NCBI GenBank assembly: GCA_038065395.1
Contig: JBBTRB010000004.1
Coordinates: 70,042-134,041 of the forward strand
Source of the DNA: Patescibacteria group bacterium
GTDB taxonomy: Bacteria; Patescibacteriota; Minisyncoccia; Phycocordibacterales; PALSA-1337
Reading direction: 5' to 3'
DNA length: 64,000 nucleotides
The position numbers and the translations under genes were made by a program. The stretch's first letter is position 1. Each line of letters begins with the position of its first letter. The notes beneath the pieces were generated by a model. It was not told the DNA's origin. It worked only from the letters and a program-made list of their open reading frames with translations, and made no database searches. Shown in pieces: positions 18,698 through 28,543 of the stretch.

Positions 18698-19567
18698 CTA
18701 GCGGTTGGAAGCCAGCATTGAATCGCCAACAGGTCTCCTGCTTGTATCGAAGTGATACCTGCGAACGACAGGCGGGTCGTCTTGAGTTACGACATTCATA
18801 GGATCATCCGGATGGAGAATCTTATGAATCTCCCGATGGATGGGATGCGTAGGTGTCCTGAGTCTGTTGAGGGCAGTCTGGAAAATGTCCTTCCAGGGTG
18901 ACCCTTGAGCTCTTTTGAGCAATTCTACCAGGAACATATCCAGCCTTTCGGTGAGTTCGACTTCACGAGACAGGTGGATACACTGGGTTCCCATCTGCTT
19001 GAGCATCGGGAATGTGCCAGTGACGCACTGATCCCAGCGTCGGTTGAGTATCTCTGGAGTCAACTCCTTTTCGACTCGTACTTCACTGGTTGCGCCTTGC
19101 ACCATCAACTGCTTCTGTCGTTCTTTGTGACGTTTGAACATCGAGTCGTCAGATTGTTGCCGACTCGCGTCAATGTTCACGGGGTAGGCACGACTGAAGA
19201 TGGTGAGCACTTCTTCCCATTGTGGCCATGTCCGAGGGACACCACCGAGCAGAAATATTCTCGCTGTCGGAATACTCTGTCGGATTTCTGCCAGCCATAC
19301 CCTCAATGTTTCCATTGTTACGTCATCGGGCGCGTAATAACCGAGCGCTGAGGGAGGAAGGCATTTCCTGATGCGAGCCCCGAGAGGCGACTTCAGGTTC
19401 ACTCCCCATTTGAAGAGTATCTGGCTCATGTCGAAACGTATGACGACTCGAGGACTAGCTTTGAATTTCGGCTTCAGGAGTAGTTCGAATAAATCGAGCA
19501 AAGTCGACTTTCCGTTCCCTCCTACTCCTGTTGCTACAACTGCTTCAATCGTATCGTGTACGGGCAT
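18698..19567 (-). CDS. Divergent P-loop nucleoside monophosphate kinase-like protein
   Basis: GVGGNGKST P-loop; LLGGVPRT resembles adenylate kinase LDGFPRT. Confidence 0.6.
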   Translation of the reverse strand: MPVHDTIEAVVATGVGGNGKSTLLDLFELLLKPKFKASPRVVIRFDMSQILFKWGVNLKSPLGARIRKCLPPSALGYYAPDDVTMETLRVWLAEIRQSIPTARIFLLGGVPRTWPQWEEVLTIFSRAYPVNIDASRQQSDDSMFKRHKERQKQLMVQGATSEVRVEKELTPEILNRRWDQCVTGTFPMLKQMGTQCIHLSREVELTERLDMFLVELLKRAQGSPWKDIFQTALNRLRTPTHPIHREIHKILHPDDPMNVVTQDDPPVVRRYHFDTSRRPVGDSMLASNR

Positions 19568-19744
19568 GCATTAAGTGTGGTTGAGTGTTTTTGTTTGTTT
19601 TTTGAAAAACTGCAAGCTGAACACCAGTCCGTTTCCGGATCCATATTCTGAAGAACAGCCGGCGAAAATCATATCATACTTTTGGAGAAAAGCAACAGGG
19701 TTGGGGAGAACGTGGGGATAGATGCCAGGACAGACTCTGACAGA

Positions 19745-19799
19745 TTTTATCGTTTCTTGAGACTAAATTCATACGGATTTTATCTCGCTCCTTTATCAT
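19745..19799 (+). promoter_or_regulatory. 43-bp operator plus -10 TATCAT upstream of the pilus operon
   Basis: TTTTATCGTTTCTTGAGACTAAATTCATACGGATTTTATCTCG identical to 23779-23821. Confidence 0.8.
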
Positions 19800-19805
19800 A
19801 GCTCC

Positions 19806-20906
19806 ATGGATCATACTGTACTCAATTCACTTTCGGTCATAGAGCTTGTTGATGCACTCCTTCTGCATGCAGTGGGAGTCGGTGCATCAGACATACATTG
19901 CGACCCATGTGAGACGGGTATCTCGGTGCGCATGCGAGTCGATGGTATCGTCGAACATATAGGTGTGTTGTCGCGAGTATCACGTGAGGCGTTCATCGCG
20001 CGGCTCAAGATCCTTTCGGGAGCACGTACTGACATCCATCTCATACCACAAGATGGTAGATGGGCCGCGAACCTCGGTGCGCCGTATACTGTCCGCATTT
20101 CTTTTATGCCGACGTACCATGGAGAGAATGCCGTGATGCGACTCTTGCCCGTGCATACAGTCAGAGATATATCTCTACTCAAACTCGGATTCACTTATAG
20201 TCATATACAGGCACTCTCTACGGCCATATCCAAGACCAGTGGTCTCATATTGGTGACGGGACCGACTGGATCTGGCAAGACGACCACGCTCCATGCATGT
20301 TTGGCACACAAGGCCTCCAGAGACATCTCGATGATCACTCTCGAAGACCCGATCGAGTATGAGATACCAGGGATCCGACAGGTACATGTCAGATACGACC
20401 AGGGTATGAACTTTGCCCAGGGGTTGCGAGCGGCGCTCCGACAGGATCCGGACGTGATCATGGTCGGAGAGATCCGTGATGCAGAGACTGCCCAGGTGGC
20501 TATTCATACGGCGCTGACAGGGCATCTGGTGTTGTCGACACTACATACTAACTCCGCGCTCGAGACTATCCCGCGTCTTGTTGATATGGGAGTAGATCCA
20601 TATCTTCTAGCGGCGACATTGGTAGCTGTTGTGGGGCAACGACTGGTACGTACGCTGTGTTCTGGGTGCAATGGAGAGTTGTGTGTGCAGTGTCGTCAGA
20701 CAGGGTATATGGGAAGGAGTGTGATCGCAGAAGTGTGCGTCATCGATGCCGAACTCAAGAAGCTCATCGCACGGAAGGCGTCTTCAACAGAATACATAGA
20801 GCACGCTTTGGTGCAGGATTTTTGTACCATGGCATATGATGCCGCCGAAAAGGTCGAATGGGGTATTACTACCGAACAAGAAGTTCGTCGCGTTCTCCAT
20901 ATATAA
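19806..20906 (+). CDS. GspE/PilB-family assembly ATPase (short, no N-terminal domain)
   Basis: ASDIH, GPTGSGKTTTL, TLEDPIEY, LRQDPDVIMVGEIRD, TGHLVLSTLHTN. Confidence 0.95.
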   Translation: MDHTVLNSLSVIELVDALLLHAVGVGASDIHCDPCETGISVRMRVDGIVEHIGVLSRVSREAFIARLKILSGARTDIHLIPQDGRWAANLGAPYTVRISFMPTYHGENAVMRLLPVHTVRDISLLKLGFTYSHIQALSTAISKTSGLILVTGPTGSGKTTTLHACLAHKASRDISMITLEDPIEYEIPGIRQVHVRYDQGMNFAQGLRAALRQDPDVIMVGEIRDAETAQVAIHTALTGHLVLSTLHTNSALETIPRLVDMGVDPYLLAATLVAVVGQRLVRTLCSGCNGELCVQCRQTGYMGRSVIAEVCVIDAELKKLIARKASSTEYIEHALVQDFCTMAYDAAEKVEWGITTEQEVRRVLHI

Positions 20907-20910
20907 CCTC

Positions 20911-21972
20911 ATGCCTCTACCCTTACCCTCATACAAACAGAAATGGAGTCGTCGTAAGGTGACCCTGTTGCTCGAAAAGATCGAACTCTATCTCTCTGCA
21001 GGACTGAGCCTCGACCGAGCGTGTGATGTTGTATCACAGGGGATAGCAAAGAAAGATGCTCTTCGTATCCAGTCGCTCCGCCAAGATATCGAAAGGGGCG
21101 TTTCGTTGTCTGTCAGTCTGACTGAACACATCGGCATATCGTCGACGACCGCCACACTCATCCGTCATGGTGAGATGTCGGGTCAGCTGCCCAGAGCCTT
21201 GAGAACTTCACGGATATTGATAGAAAAGTCCGACGACATCATCCAGACATGTATATCAGCTCTTGCATACCCGAGTCTGATCGGTCTCTGTACTGCAGGG
21301 ATTACTCTCGGCTTGTTACGTGGAGTGATGCCACAGATCATACCGATGCTCAACAATCTCCATGTCGAACTGCCACTGCTCACCAAGATCGTGATCGCCC
21401 TTTCCGAAGGGATAGTCTTGTATGGCGGGTATGTCGTCTTGATGTTCATGGTGTTCGCGGTTCTGGGCACATATCTCTATCGTCGATATCGAGGTGTTCG
21501 TAGCATATGTCACCGTGTACTGACCTCTCTACCTATTTCAGGGAAGATATTGAACTCCTATCACGTCTCGCTTTTCTTGCGTTCACTGGGGTCACTCGTG
21601 GACTCAGGGTTGTCTATCTCGTATGTGTATCCGCATGTTGCACGAGGAGTGTCACTCGTGCCGCTTCAAGACATGTTGTCGGCTCGAGGGGATGATATCG
21701 AAAGGGGTACAGCGCTCGGTACCATCCTCACACATAGCCGGATCGCAGACTATGTCCCACCACTAGTATCTGCAGGAGAGAAGTCAGGGACACTAGGTCC
21801 GTCACTTATCCGAGCCGCAGATATTCTCGATCGAGATATAGAACGCTCTCTGAAACGTATGACATCGCTCATCGAGCCGCTGATGATGGTCTGTATGGGA
21901 TGCGTGGTCGGGGCGATCGCTTTATCCATCATGTTGCCTATATATGATATATCCAAAGTCTTACAACACTAG
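20911..21972 (+). CDS. GspF/PilC-family platform protein
   Basis: GEMSGQL, ALAYP, AGEKSGTL, LIEPLMM, IMLPIY. Confidence 0.92.
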   Translation: MPLPLPSYKQKWSRRKVTLLLEKIELYLSAGLSLDRACDVVSQGIAKKDALRIQSLRQDIERGVSLSVSLTEHIGISSTTATLIRHGEMSGQLPRALRTSRILIEKSDDIIQTCISALAYPSLIGLCTAGITLGLLRGVMPQIIPMLNNLHVELPLLTKIVIALSEGIVLYGGYVVLMFMVFAVLGTYLYRRYRGVRSICHRVLTSLPISGKILNSYHVSLFLRSLGSLVDSGLSISYVYPHVARGVSLVPLQDMLSARGDDIERGTALGTILTHSRIADYVPPLVSAGEKSGTLGPSLIRAADILDRDIERSLKRMTSLIEPLMMVCMGCVVGAIALSIMLPIYDISKVLQH

Positions 21973-23323
21973 AGGTATGATCCTGATCGATATCATGATC
22001 GCCCTTTCGGTAGGGGTGCTTTTCGTTGCGGTTCTTTTTGAATCCTCGAGTACGGCACGGAGCCTCTTCGTTTGGAGTCGTGATCGCAGTAGATTCATGG
22101 ATATATATGAAGCGCATGCAGATGAATTCGAAGGTATGGTTCCTTCGGAGGTACGTACGCTCTCTGTAGTACATGACGCTACTCCTGTCGATCTTGTGGC
22201 CAGGGCACGATGGTATGGCAATGACCGGATCGAAACTGAGGTGACCGTCGGTGGTACGGTGACATTTTCTGCAGTGCGGGCGTATCCGTTTGCTGAGAGG
22301 GATGAGTCAGTATATACACCGATATGCTCCGTTGATCTCTATCGTACAGGAGTCATCAGGGTTGTACCCATTCTTATCCCTGGAATATCCGGCGAACTCA
22401 CTGATATCGAGGTACGCAATACGACAGCCTATATATCAGTTGATTCTGCTCGGGTCTCTGATCCGGATTTTGTAGTCGTGGATATTGCCAGCTCCTCGGA
22501 TCCTCGTATCATCTCGTCTATCCATACTGGTCCCGGCATGAGCTCGTTCTCATTGGTCGGTAGACGTATCTTTGCAGTTACGCAGAGTACGGTGGCACAG
22601 GTGCAGATCCTCGGTCTCGATGATGCGCAAGGTCTGCATCTAGAACAGAGTTACGTCTTGGTACGTCCGAGCACGACGACTCCTCCGACGGTCGGTAGTG
22701 CGACATTTGTGGCAGATGGGATGATGTTCGTCGGTACCGAGAAATGGCAAGGAAATGAGTTTATCGTGCTCGACGTGTCTGACCCTCTCCGCATAGTTCC
22801 GAGAGGGATGTTGGAGATAGGTGGCAAAGTCACCGACATCATCTCGCATCACGGTACGGCATATGTCACGGATGCCGCCGCATACCAGATGATCGCTGTA
22901 GATGTTACGGACCCTAGTGATCCGGTAGTACAGAACTCCTTCGAGCCTCCCGGTTGGAGTAGGCAAGAAGGCAAGACGCTATCGTATTTCGAAGAAGGAC
23001 TGACTCTCGGGCGTACCTCTGGCGGGTTCGACATCAGGTCGGAACATGAGCTGTTCTCCTGGGCTTCGACGTCGCCCCCGTCAGGTATATCTTCTTGGAA
23101 TATGCCCGGTGGAGCATATGGGATAGTGACAGATCGTATGCATACGTTCGTTGCAAGTCGGCAGAGAGATGCGGAGCTCCAGGTATTCGGACGAGACATG
23201 TCGACTGGTCCGATAGCGACATACCCCCTACCCGCATTGGCTCGAGGGCTCGTCTGTGACGGAGACCGTATGTATATGGTAGACAGCTCAACACCCACTC
23301 TGTATGAAATATCATTCAACTAA
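21944..23323 (+). CDS. Prepilin-like N-terminus fused to LVIVD-like beta-propeller (minor pilin/adhesin)
   Basis: RG-MILIDIMIAL; repeated VVDIASSSDP, VLDVSDP, AVDVTDP motifs. Confidence 0.75.
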   Translation: MIYPKSYNTRGMILIDIMIALSVGVLFVAVLFESSSTARSLFVWSRDRSRFMDIYEAHADEFEGMVPSEVRTLSVVHDATPVDLVARARWYGNDRIETEVTVGGTVTFSAVRAYPFAERDESVYTPICSVDLYRTGVIRVVPILIPGISGELTDIEVRNTTAYISVDSARVSDPDFVVVDIASSSDPRIISSIHTGPGMSSFSLVGRRIFAVTQSTVAQVQILGLDDAQGLHLEQSYVLVRPSTTTPPTVGSATFVADGMMFVGTEKWQGNEFIVLDVSDPLRIVPRGMLEIGGKVTDIISHHGTAYVTDAAAYQMIAVDVTDPSDPVVQNSFEPPGWSRQEGKTLSYFEEGLTLGRTSGGFDIRSEHELFSWASTSPPSGISSWNMPGGAYGIVTDRMHTFVASRQRDAELQVFGRDMSTGPIATYPLPALARGLVCDGDRMYMVDSSTPTLYEISFN

Positions 23324-23480
23324 TCACACTCAGTCACAGGGGATGACGTTGATAGAGATCGTCATATACACGTCTCTATTATCGCTCCTCGTGGCCAGTC
23401 ATATTGCCTATACCTATGAGATACAGCTCCATAATATCAACCTATCCCATGAGATCACTGATGCCGAGAACAACCAGTAA
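23304..23480 (+). CDS. 58-aa minor pilin (below ORF-track cutoff)
   Basis: MKYHSTNHTQSQG-MTLIEIVIYTSLLSLLV; overlaps both neighbours. Confidence 0.75.
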   Translation: MKYHSTNHTQSQGMTLIEIVIYTSLLSLLVASHIAYTYEIQLHNINLSHEITDAENNQ

Positions 23481-23748
23481 AGGCTTCATCGCATTGATAG
23501 CGGTGTGTATGCTTGTCACGGGAACATTGGCAGGGACAGTCGCGATCCTGGTCAGAGCCGATGCCTATGCAGACACAGTCAGGCGACGCGAGATGAGGAT
23601 ACAGAGGAGGCTCGATGTCCATGCATGTCTCGATACGGTCAATCTCATGATCACTCGAGATGTGTTTTTGCGGGGAGCTGTATATATTCGAGATTTTGAT
23701 TGTAGGGTATACGTGGATAGTGATGGTCGTGTGACAGTGATCGAGTAG
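23461..23748 (+). CDS. PilX/GspK-like minor pilin
   Basis: KG-FIALIAV without E5, hydrophobic helix, in pilus operon. Confidence 0.65.
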   Translation: MPRTTSKGFIALIAVCMLVTGTLAGTVAILVRADAYADTVRRREMRIQRRLDVHACLDTVNLMITRDVFLRGAVYIRDFDCRVYVDSDGRVTVIE

Positions 23749-23778
23749 CAGACTCCCCCTAGGGTAGACCTAGGAAAA

Positions 23779-23833
23779 TTTTATCGTTTCTTGAGACTAA
23801 ATTCATACGGATTTTATCTCGTGGTGTTACGGT
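23779..23833 (+). promoter_or_regulatory. 43-bp operator plus extended -10 TGtTACGGT upstream of the major pilin
   Basis: Identical to 19745-19787. Confidence 0.8.
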
Positions 23834-23861
23834 AGATGTATTACTCATAAACAATACACAT

Positions 23862-24332
23862 ATGTATATACATCAACACAAGAAACAAGGTTTCACCCTT
23901 ATCGAAGTACTCGTAGTCATCGGCATCATCGCACTCTTATCAGCGGTCGTCATCGTTGCAGTCAACCCCGCTCGTCAATTCAAACTAGCTCGAGATTCGC
24001 AGAGAACCAGTAACGTCAATTCGATCGTCAACGCACTTCACCAAAACATGGCAGAGCATCGAGGGTCTCTGGTATGTGCCGGAGTCACTCGGACTATACC
24101 GCTCGTTGCTACCGTGATCAGGAGTGGTGCTGCAGGATATGAGGGCGACATTGCCTCATGCATAGTACCCGACTATATCGGTGCAGTACCATTCGATCCG
24201 GTTATTATGGGAGCACATTTTACAGATAGTACAGACTATATGACAGGCTACGAGATATTCCGTGACGCTCAGGGTAGGATCACTGCAAGCTCAACCGGGG
24301 AGCTTGTTCAGACGATATCGGTGACAAAGTAA
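23862..24332 (+). CDS. Type IV major pilin/pseudopilin
   Basis: QG-FTLIEVLVVIGIIALL...ARDSQR, VPFDP. Confidence 0.93.
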   Translation: MYIHQHKKQGFTLIEVLVVIGIIALLSAVVIVAVNPARQFKLARDSQRTSNVNSIVNALHQNMAEHRGSLVCAGVTRTIPLVATVIRSGAAGYEGDIASCIVPDYIGAVPFDPVIMGAHFTDSTDYMTGYEIFRDAQGRITASSTGELVQTISVTK

Positions 24333-24392
24333 AAAACCACCTTTATACAAATGCCTACTTTAGTAATCAGTATGTTATAATATCGAACACAT

Positions 24393-25019
24393 ATGGCCAA
24401 TACGCTCTCATATCAATCTTCCCTCGAGCAACAGACATCTGTTCCTGTTATGTCTACACCTGTGATCCAGATCGGACACATGGAGGCATTCGTGGGTATT
24501 GTTGTATTTCTCGTAGGTTTGGTTATTTCTTGGGGAACCCTCAGAGCGAAACTTGATCATGTTGCAAGTACTCTCAAAGACAAGATAGAACCAGATCTCA
24601 TGGATGTTCGAGAGAAGTTCACTACGGTGAAGGATCGCGTCGAGACATTGTGGCAAGATAGATTTGCCCCTTCTCGATCACCGAGACAACTCAACGAACG
24701 AGGAGAGAATGTTCTCCGTGAAAGTGGCATTACACACATTCTTTCCAGGATACGACTACAGCTTCTTGATGAGATAAAGACCAAAAATCCTGCGAATGCA
24801 TATGATGCAGAACAAGTTGTATTAGAAGTAGTATCAGATATAACAAAACATCATCCAGAGGTTCTCGACGAACTCAAGAATGGAGCTTTCAGAGTTGGAG
24901 AAAATATAGATACTGTATTGCTCGTAGGAGGTATTCACTTGAGAAATGAGATATTTCCTGAACTCGGTTTCTCGTTGACTGATCTCGATATGCCAACACA
25001 TTCTGAAAGAGGAAAGTAA
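24393..25019 (+). CDS. Hypothetical membrane-anchored protein
   Basis: 208 aa, single TM then coiled region; TATAAT upstream. Confidence 0.75.
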   Translation: MANTLSYQSSLEQQTSVPVMSTPVIQIGHMEAFVGIVVFLVGLVISWGTLRAKLDHVASTLKDKIEPDLMDVREKFTTVKDRVETLWQDRFAPSRSPRQLNERGENVLRESGITHILSRIRLQLLDEIKTKNPANAYDAEQVVLEVVSDITKHHPEVLDELKNGAFRVGENIDTVLLVGGIHLRNEIFPELGFSLTDLDMPTHSERGK

Positions 25020-25060
25020 TTCACATTCCGATATGCCCATAAGTGCGGTACCATAGTAGT

Positions 25061-26056
25061 ATGTCCGTTCCACAAAGGAATATTCTCGTCTTTCTCTTTT
25101 TCTGTATGGGCTTTGCTTCGTCTGCGGTAGGGTTGAGAGCCTATGAACTCCATCGACAGGATGTTGCGTTGGCTGCATTGACAGCTGTTCAAGATGCGCG
25201 ATTGCGTCAGGCGATCGAGATAGCGAAGTCTTCTTTGTCGATACCCGCAGATCCTTTGTCGACAGATACAACTCCGGAAAAAACAGGAGAGGCTCAGGTA
25301 CCAGCAAAACCAAGAGGCTTACCTGGCGTGACTGCCCAGGCCTATATCGTCGGTAACGTAGAGACAGGGGAGATCTATCTTTCGTACAACTCTCAACAAG
25401 CACTACCAGTCGCCTCGATGTCCAAGCTCGTCACAGCATTCGTGGCTACACGAGAGTTGCCGTTGGACAAAGTCATCGAGATCGACAAAGACGCCGCTGA
25501 TGCACCACCTGACAAGAGTTTGCTCAAAGTAGGTGAACTCTTTACTGTCTCAGAACTGATGAAGCCGCTTCTTCTGAGTTCTTCCAATGTGGCCGCCGAG
25601 GCACTCGTCTCCAAGATCGACCGCAACGGCTTCTTGGAACTCATGAGTAGTTATGCCTGGGAGATCGGTATGCCGTCGACATTCTTCGCAGATCCTTCGG
25701 GAGTAAGTCCGCTCAATGTAGCCTCGGCCAAAGATCTCTTTGCTCTCGCACAATATCTCCATGGTTCACGTCCAGATATTCTGGCTCTGACTCGTGATGC
25801 ATATGTTGCAATAGCCACAACCACAGAACATGGATCTCATGAGGTCACGAGCACTCATCCGTTCGTGAAAGATCCACGGTTCATCGGGGGCAAGACGGGC
25901 AGGACTCCTCAGGCTGGTGATACGATGCTGACTATCCTCGAGTTGGGGGGTCAACCGGTTGCTATTGTTGTTCTTGGTTCGCGCTACGAAGGTCGTGCAG
26001 AAGACACTCGACTGCTCGCAGTAAAAGCAGAGGAGTTGATGCAGAAAGAAAGGTAA
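25061..26056 (+). CDS. D-alanyl-D-alanine carboxypeptidase (peptidase S11)
   Basis: ASMSK (SxxK), SSN (SxN), GGKTG (KTG). Confidence 0.93.
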   Translation: MSVPQRNILVFLFFCMGFASSAVGLRAYELHRQDVALAALTAVQDARLRQAIEIAKSSLSIPADPLSTDTTPEKTGEAQVPAKPRGLPGVTAQAYIVGNVETGEIYLSYNSQQALPVASMSKLVTAFVATRELPLDKVIEIDKDAADAPPDKSLLKVGELFTVSELMKPLLLSSSNVAAEALVSKIDRNGFLELMSSYAWEIGMPSTFFADPSGVSPLNVASAKDLFALAQYLHGSRPDILALTRDAYVAIATTTEHGSHEVTSTHPFVKDPRFIGGKTGRTPQAGDTMLTILELGGQPVAIVVLGSRYEGRAEDTRLLAVKAEELMQKER

Positions 26057-26062
26057 AAACAT

Positions 26063-26179
26063 AACTACTTGTAAAAATCTGTGCGGACAGGACACGGATA
26101 TTTTTCTGCTGAAAAATTCCTAGTGCTCGCGCCAGTCGCGCTCGCAATGTCCTGTCCGCACAGATTTTTACAAGCAGTT
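26063..26179. repeat. Long inverted repeat (27-bp perfect arms), MITE-like or terminator
   Basis: 26068-26094 CTTGTAAAAATCTGTGCGGACAGGACA is the reverse complement of 26148-26174. Confidence 0.85.
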
Positions 26180-26196
26180 TCGCCTTGGGACAAGCT

Positions 26197-26952
26197 CTAA
26201 GAGATAAGCCAGGTGCGGATAAGTCGTTTCGTCTCTTCGGGACCGGCCACTTGGATACAGTCAACGCCGATGGCTTTGGCAGGGTAGTCGTTGCCTCCAT
26301 GGTAGAGCGCATCACCTACGAAGAGCATGCGATGAATGGGAGTTGCGAGGTGTGTTTCGAGTTTGCGTATGCCGTAGGCCTTGTTGACTCCGCGTCTGGT
26401 GATGTCGATAGATGTGGTGCCACCGAGACGAATATCGAATTCAGGGATCTTATCTTTGAGGATAGTTACGATCTTCTCACGTTTGCTACGGTCCGAGTCC
26501 CAAGCTTCTTTGGCCTCAAGTGGTGCTTCTTGGCCGAGTGCAGAGAAGGTCACTTGTGATCCGCGGTCTTCGATGATCTCACCATATGTTTTGGTAGGCT
26601 TCTGGTATCCACCACGGCGCAAAGCGTCTTGTAGTGCGCTATGGATCTTGTCTTTCTCTGGGGTCGAGAGTTGCTCGGAATATTCTTCATGCCAGGAACC
26701 TTTCCAGGTCAGCATACGTGTACCAGATGTTGGTAACAAGAAGAGATTATCGAAGCCTTCGGCTGTATGGGGCAAGGTGCGGAGAAGTTGTGTTTCGAAC
26801 TGAGGATATCCACCACCAGAGATGATCGCGACTTTCTTCTTCTGGATAAGGCGCACCAGAAGTTCGCTCATCTCGGTATCCATGGTTGACTTGCTCGGGG
26901 CAAGCGTGCCATCGAGGTCGAATATTACAAGAGTTTTGGTTGAGAAATCCAT
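26197..26952 (-). CDS. HAD-IIB hydrolase, phosphomannomutase-like
   Basis: FDLDGTL, EDRGSQVTFS, GGTTSIDI, GDALYHGGND. Confidence 0.9.
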   Translation of the reverse strand: MDFSTKTLVIFDLDGTLAPSKSTMDTEMSELLVRLIQKKKVAIISGGGYPQFETQLLRTLPHTAEGFDNLFLLPTSGTRMLTWKGSWHEEYSEQLSTPEKDKIHSALQDALRRGGYQKPTKTYGEIIEDRGSQVTFSALGQEAPLEAKEAWDSDRSKREKIVTILKDKIPEFDIRLGGTTSIDITRRGVNKAYGIRKLETHLATPIHRMLFVGDALYHGGNDYPAKAIGVDCIQVAGPEETKRLIRTWLIS

Positions 26953-26959
26953 GATGAAG

Positions 26960-28534
26960 TTACGCAGTGATTATCGGTAATGAGAATGAGAAGGTGCTAC
27001 CGGTGCCGAGTCCCGCGGACTCCACCCATATCTTGCCTTTGTGATGCTCGATGATCTCCTTGGACATGAAAAGTCCGATACCCATACCCTCAGTGTCGGT
27101 GACTTTGGCTTTGGTGCCGCGATAGAATTTGGAGAAAAGAAGAGGGACTTCTTCTGCAGGGATGCCAATGCCTGAATCAGTGACAGAACAGACGATATGA
27201 CCAGCTTCTTTTTTCAAGGAAATACGTACTGTTCCACCTGAGGCTGTGTAGTTGATAGCATTCTCTACGAGTGTCTGGATAACAAAGCGGATACGGTGCT
27301 CATCGAACACGCTGGTGATGTTCGGTTCGATGTTCTTGCTAAGCGTAATATGTTTGGCGATGGATTCTTGGATGAGTGACTGTGCAAGTGTCTCGGCGAT
27401 CTCAGATATGGAATTCGTCTTGAGCCTATAGTCCTCAGTTCCTTTTTCTTCCTCGGATACATTAACAAGCAAGTTGGTAAGCTCTACCAGTTTGCTGTTG
27501 GCGTTCTGAATATACTCGACTTGGGTTTTGTCTTCTGCGGGTAGATTTCGATTGGAGAGATTCTCCGAAGCCCATTTGATATGAGTGAGCGGTGTACGGA
27601 ATTTGTGAGTGACGGTCGTGATGAACTCGTATTTGAGGATGTCGGTTTTGCGGAGATTCCTCCAGGCGAGTACTCCGATCGTTACAACGAGTACTGATGA
27701 TATGAGCGCGATGATCCATCCAGGGAAGTTGGGTATGAGCAATCGGATCCATTGTTGTGACGAGTTCAGCAAGATGATGAATCCGCCAACTCCGACGATC
27801 GCGAGACTGTAGAAGAATGCTTGTTTTGCGATAACTTTGATATCGAAGAGCTCATAGCGGATAGCTCCATAGGTGAATACGGTCGCGAAGACCATTGAGA
27901 ACGCCATGCCCCAGAGAGGGTCGATAGCGATATCATATACCAAGAAGTTCGGAATAAAGCCGATCGCATAGCCGATGAGCATGGTCAAAAAGAGATATGT
28001 GTAACGCTTACTGTCGATCGGAGTCGAAGCGGTCTTACGGGCACCGTAAAGAATATAGAGACAATACGGAACGACGAGGCCGTAGAGAAATATGATGCGT
28101 GAAATATTGAGTATTCCTGGCTCATAGTAGTTGGGGAAATACATTTTCGGAACAGAATCAATCAAGAAAAGCTGAGGGAAGAATGAGAAAAATATCACTG
28201 CACCTGAGGCGATTGCGTAGCTTGTATATATCAACCATTTTTTCTTGTCGGCGAGTCCGCAGAATGCCAGTACTGAATGGAGGTTGAATGCGGCAATGAA
28301 GAACAGAGATACATTGAAGGTCAGTACGATCCGGGATATGGCTGGATTGTCTATGTTGACTCCGATGACATGAGATATGGTGAATACGGTGATCGCAAGC
28401 ATCATCAGACTCCACGCAACATTGGCTGTCTTGTGTCTGCCGTTGAGGAAGGTGAAGAACGCCATAGCGAACAGGGTGATGGTCGATATGATGCAAACGA
28501 TATTATGGATGATGAGATGAAGAGAAGAGTTCAT
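26960..28534 (-). CDS. Multi-TM sensor histidine kinase (paralog of 10286-11869)
   Basis: KYEFITTVTHKFRTPLT, ENAINY, DSGIGI, GMGIGL; shared SVPK.Y.P.YYEPG loop. Confidence 0.92.
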   Translation of the reverse strand: MNSSLHLIIHNIVCIISTITLFAMAFFTFLNGRHKTANVAWSLMMLAITVFTISHVIGVNIDNPAISRIVLTFNVSLFFIAAFNLHSVLAFCGLADKKKWLIYTSYAIASGAVIFFSFFPQLFLIDSVPKMYFPNYYEPGILNISRIIFLYGLVVPYCLYILYGARKTASTPIDSKRYTYLFLTMLIGYAIGFIPNFLVYDIAIDPLWGMAFSMVFATVFTYGAIRYELFDIKVIAKQAFFYSLAIVGVGGFIILLNSSQQWIRLLIPNFPGWIIALISSVLVVTIGVLAWRNLRKTDILKYEFITTVTHKFRTPLTHIKWASENLSNRNLPAEDKTQVEYIQNANSKLVELTNLLVNVSEEEKGTEDYRLKTNSISEIAETLAQSLIQESIAKHITLSKNIEPNITSVFDEHRIRFVIQTLVENAINYTASGGTVRISLKKEAGHIVCSVTDSGIGIPAEEVPLLFSKFYRGTKAKVTDTEGMGIGLFMSKEIIEHHKGKIWVESAGLGTGSTFSFSLPIITA

Positions 28535-28543
28535 GGTGAGAGG

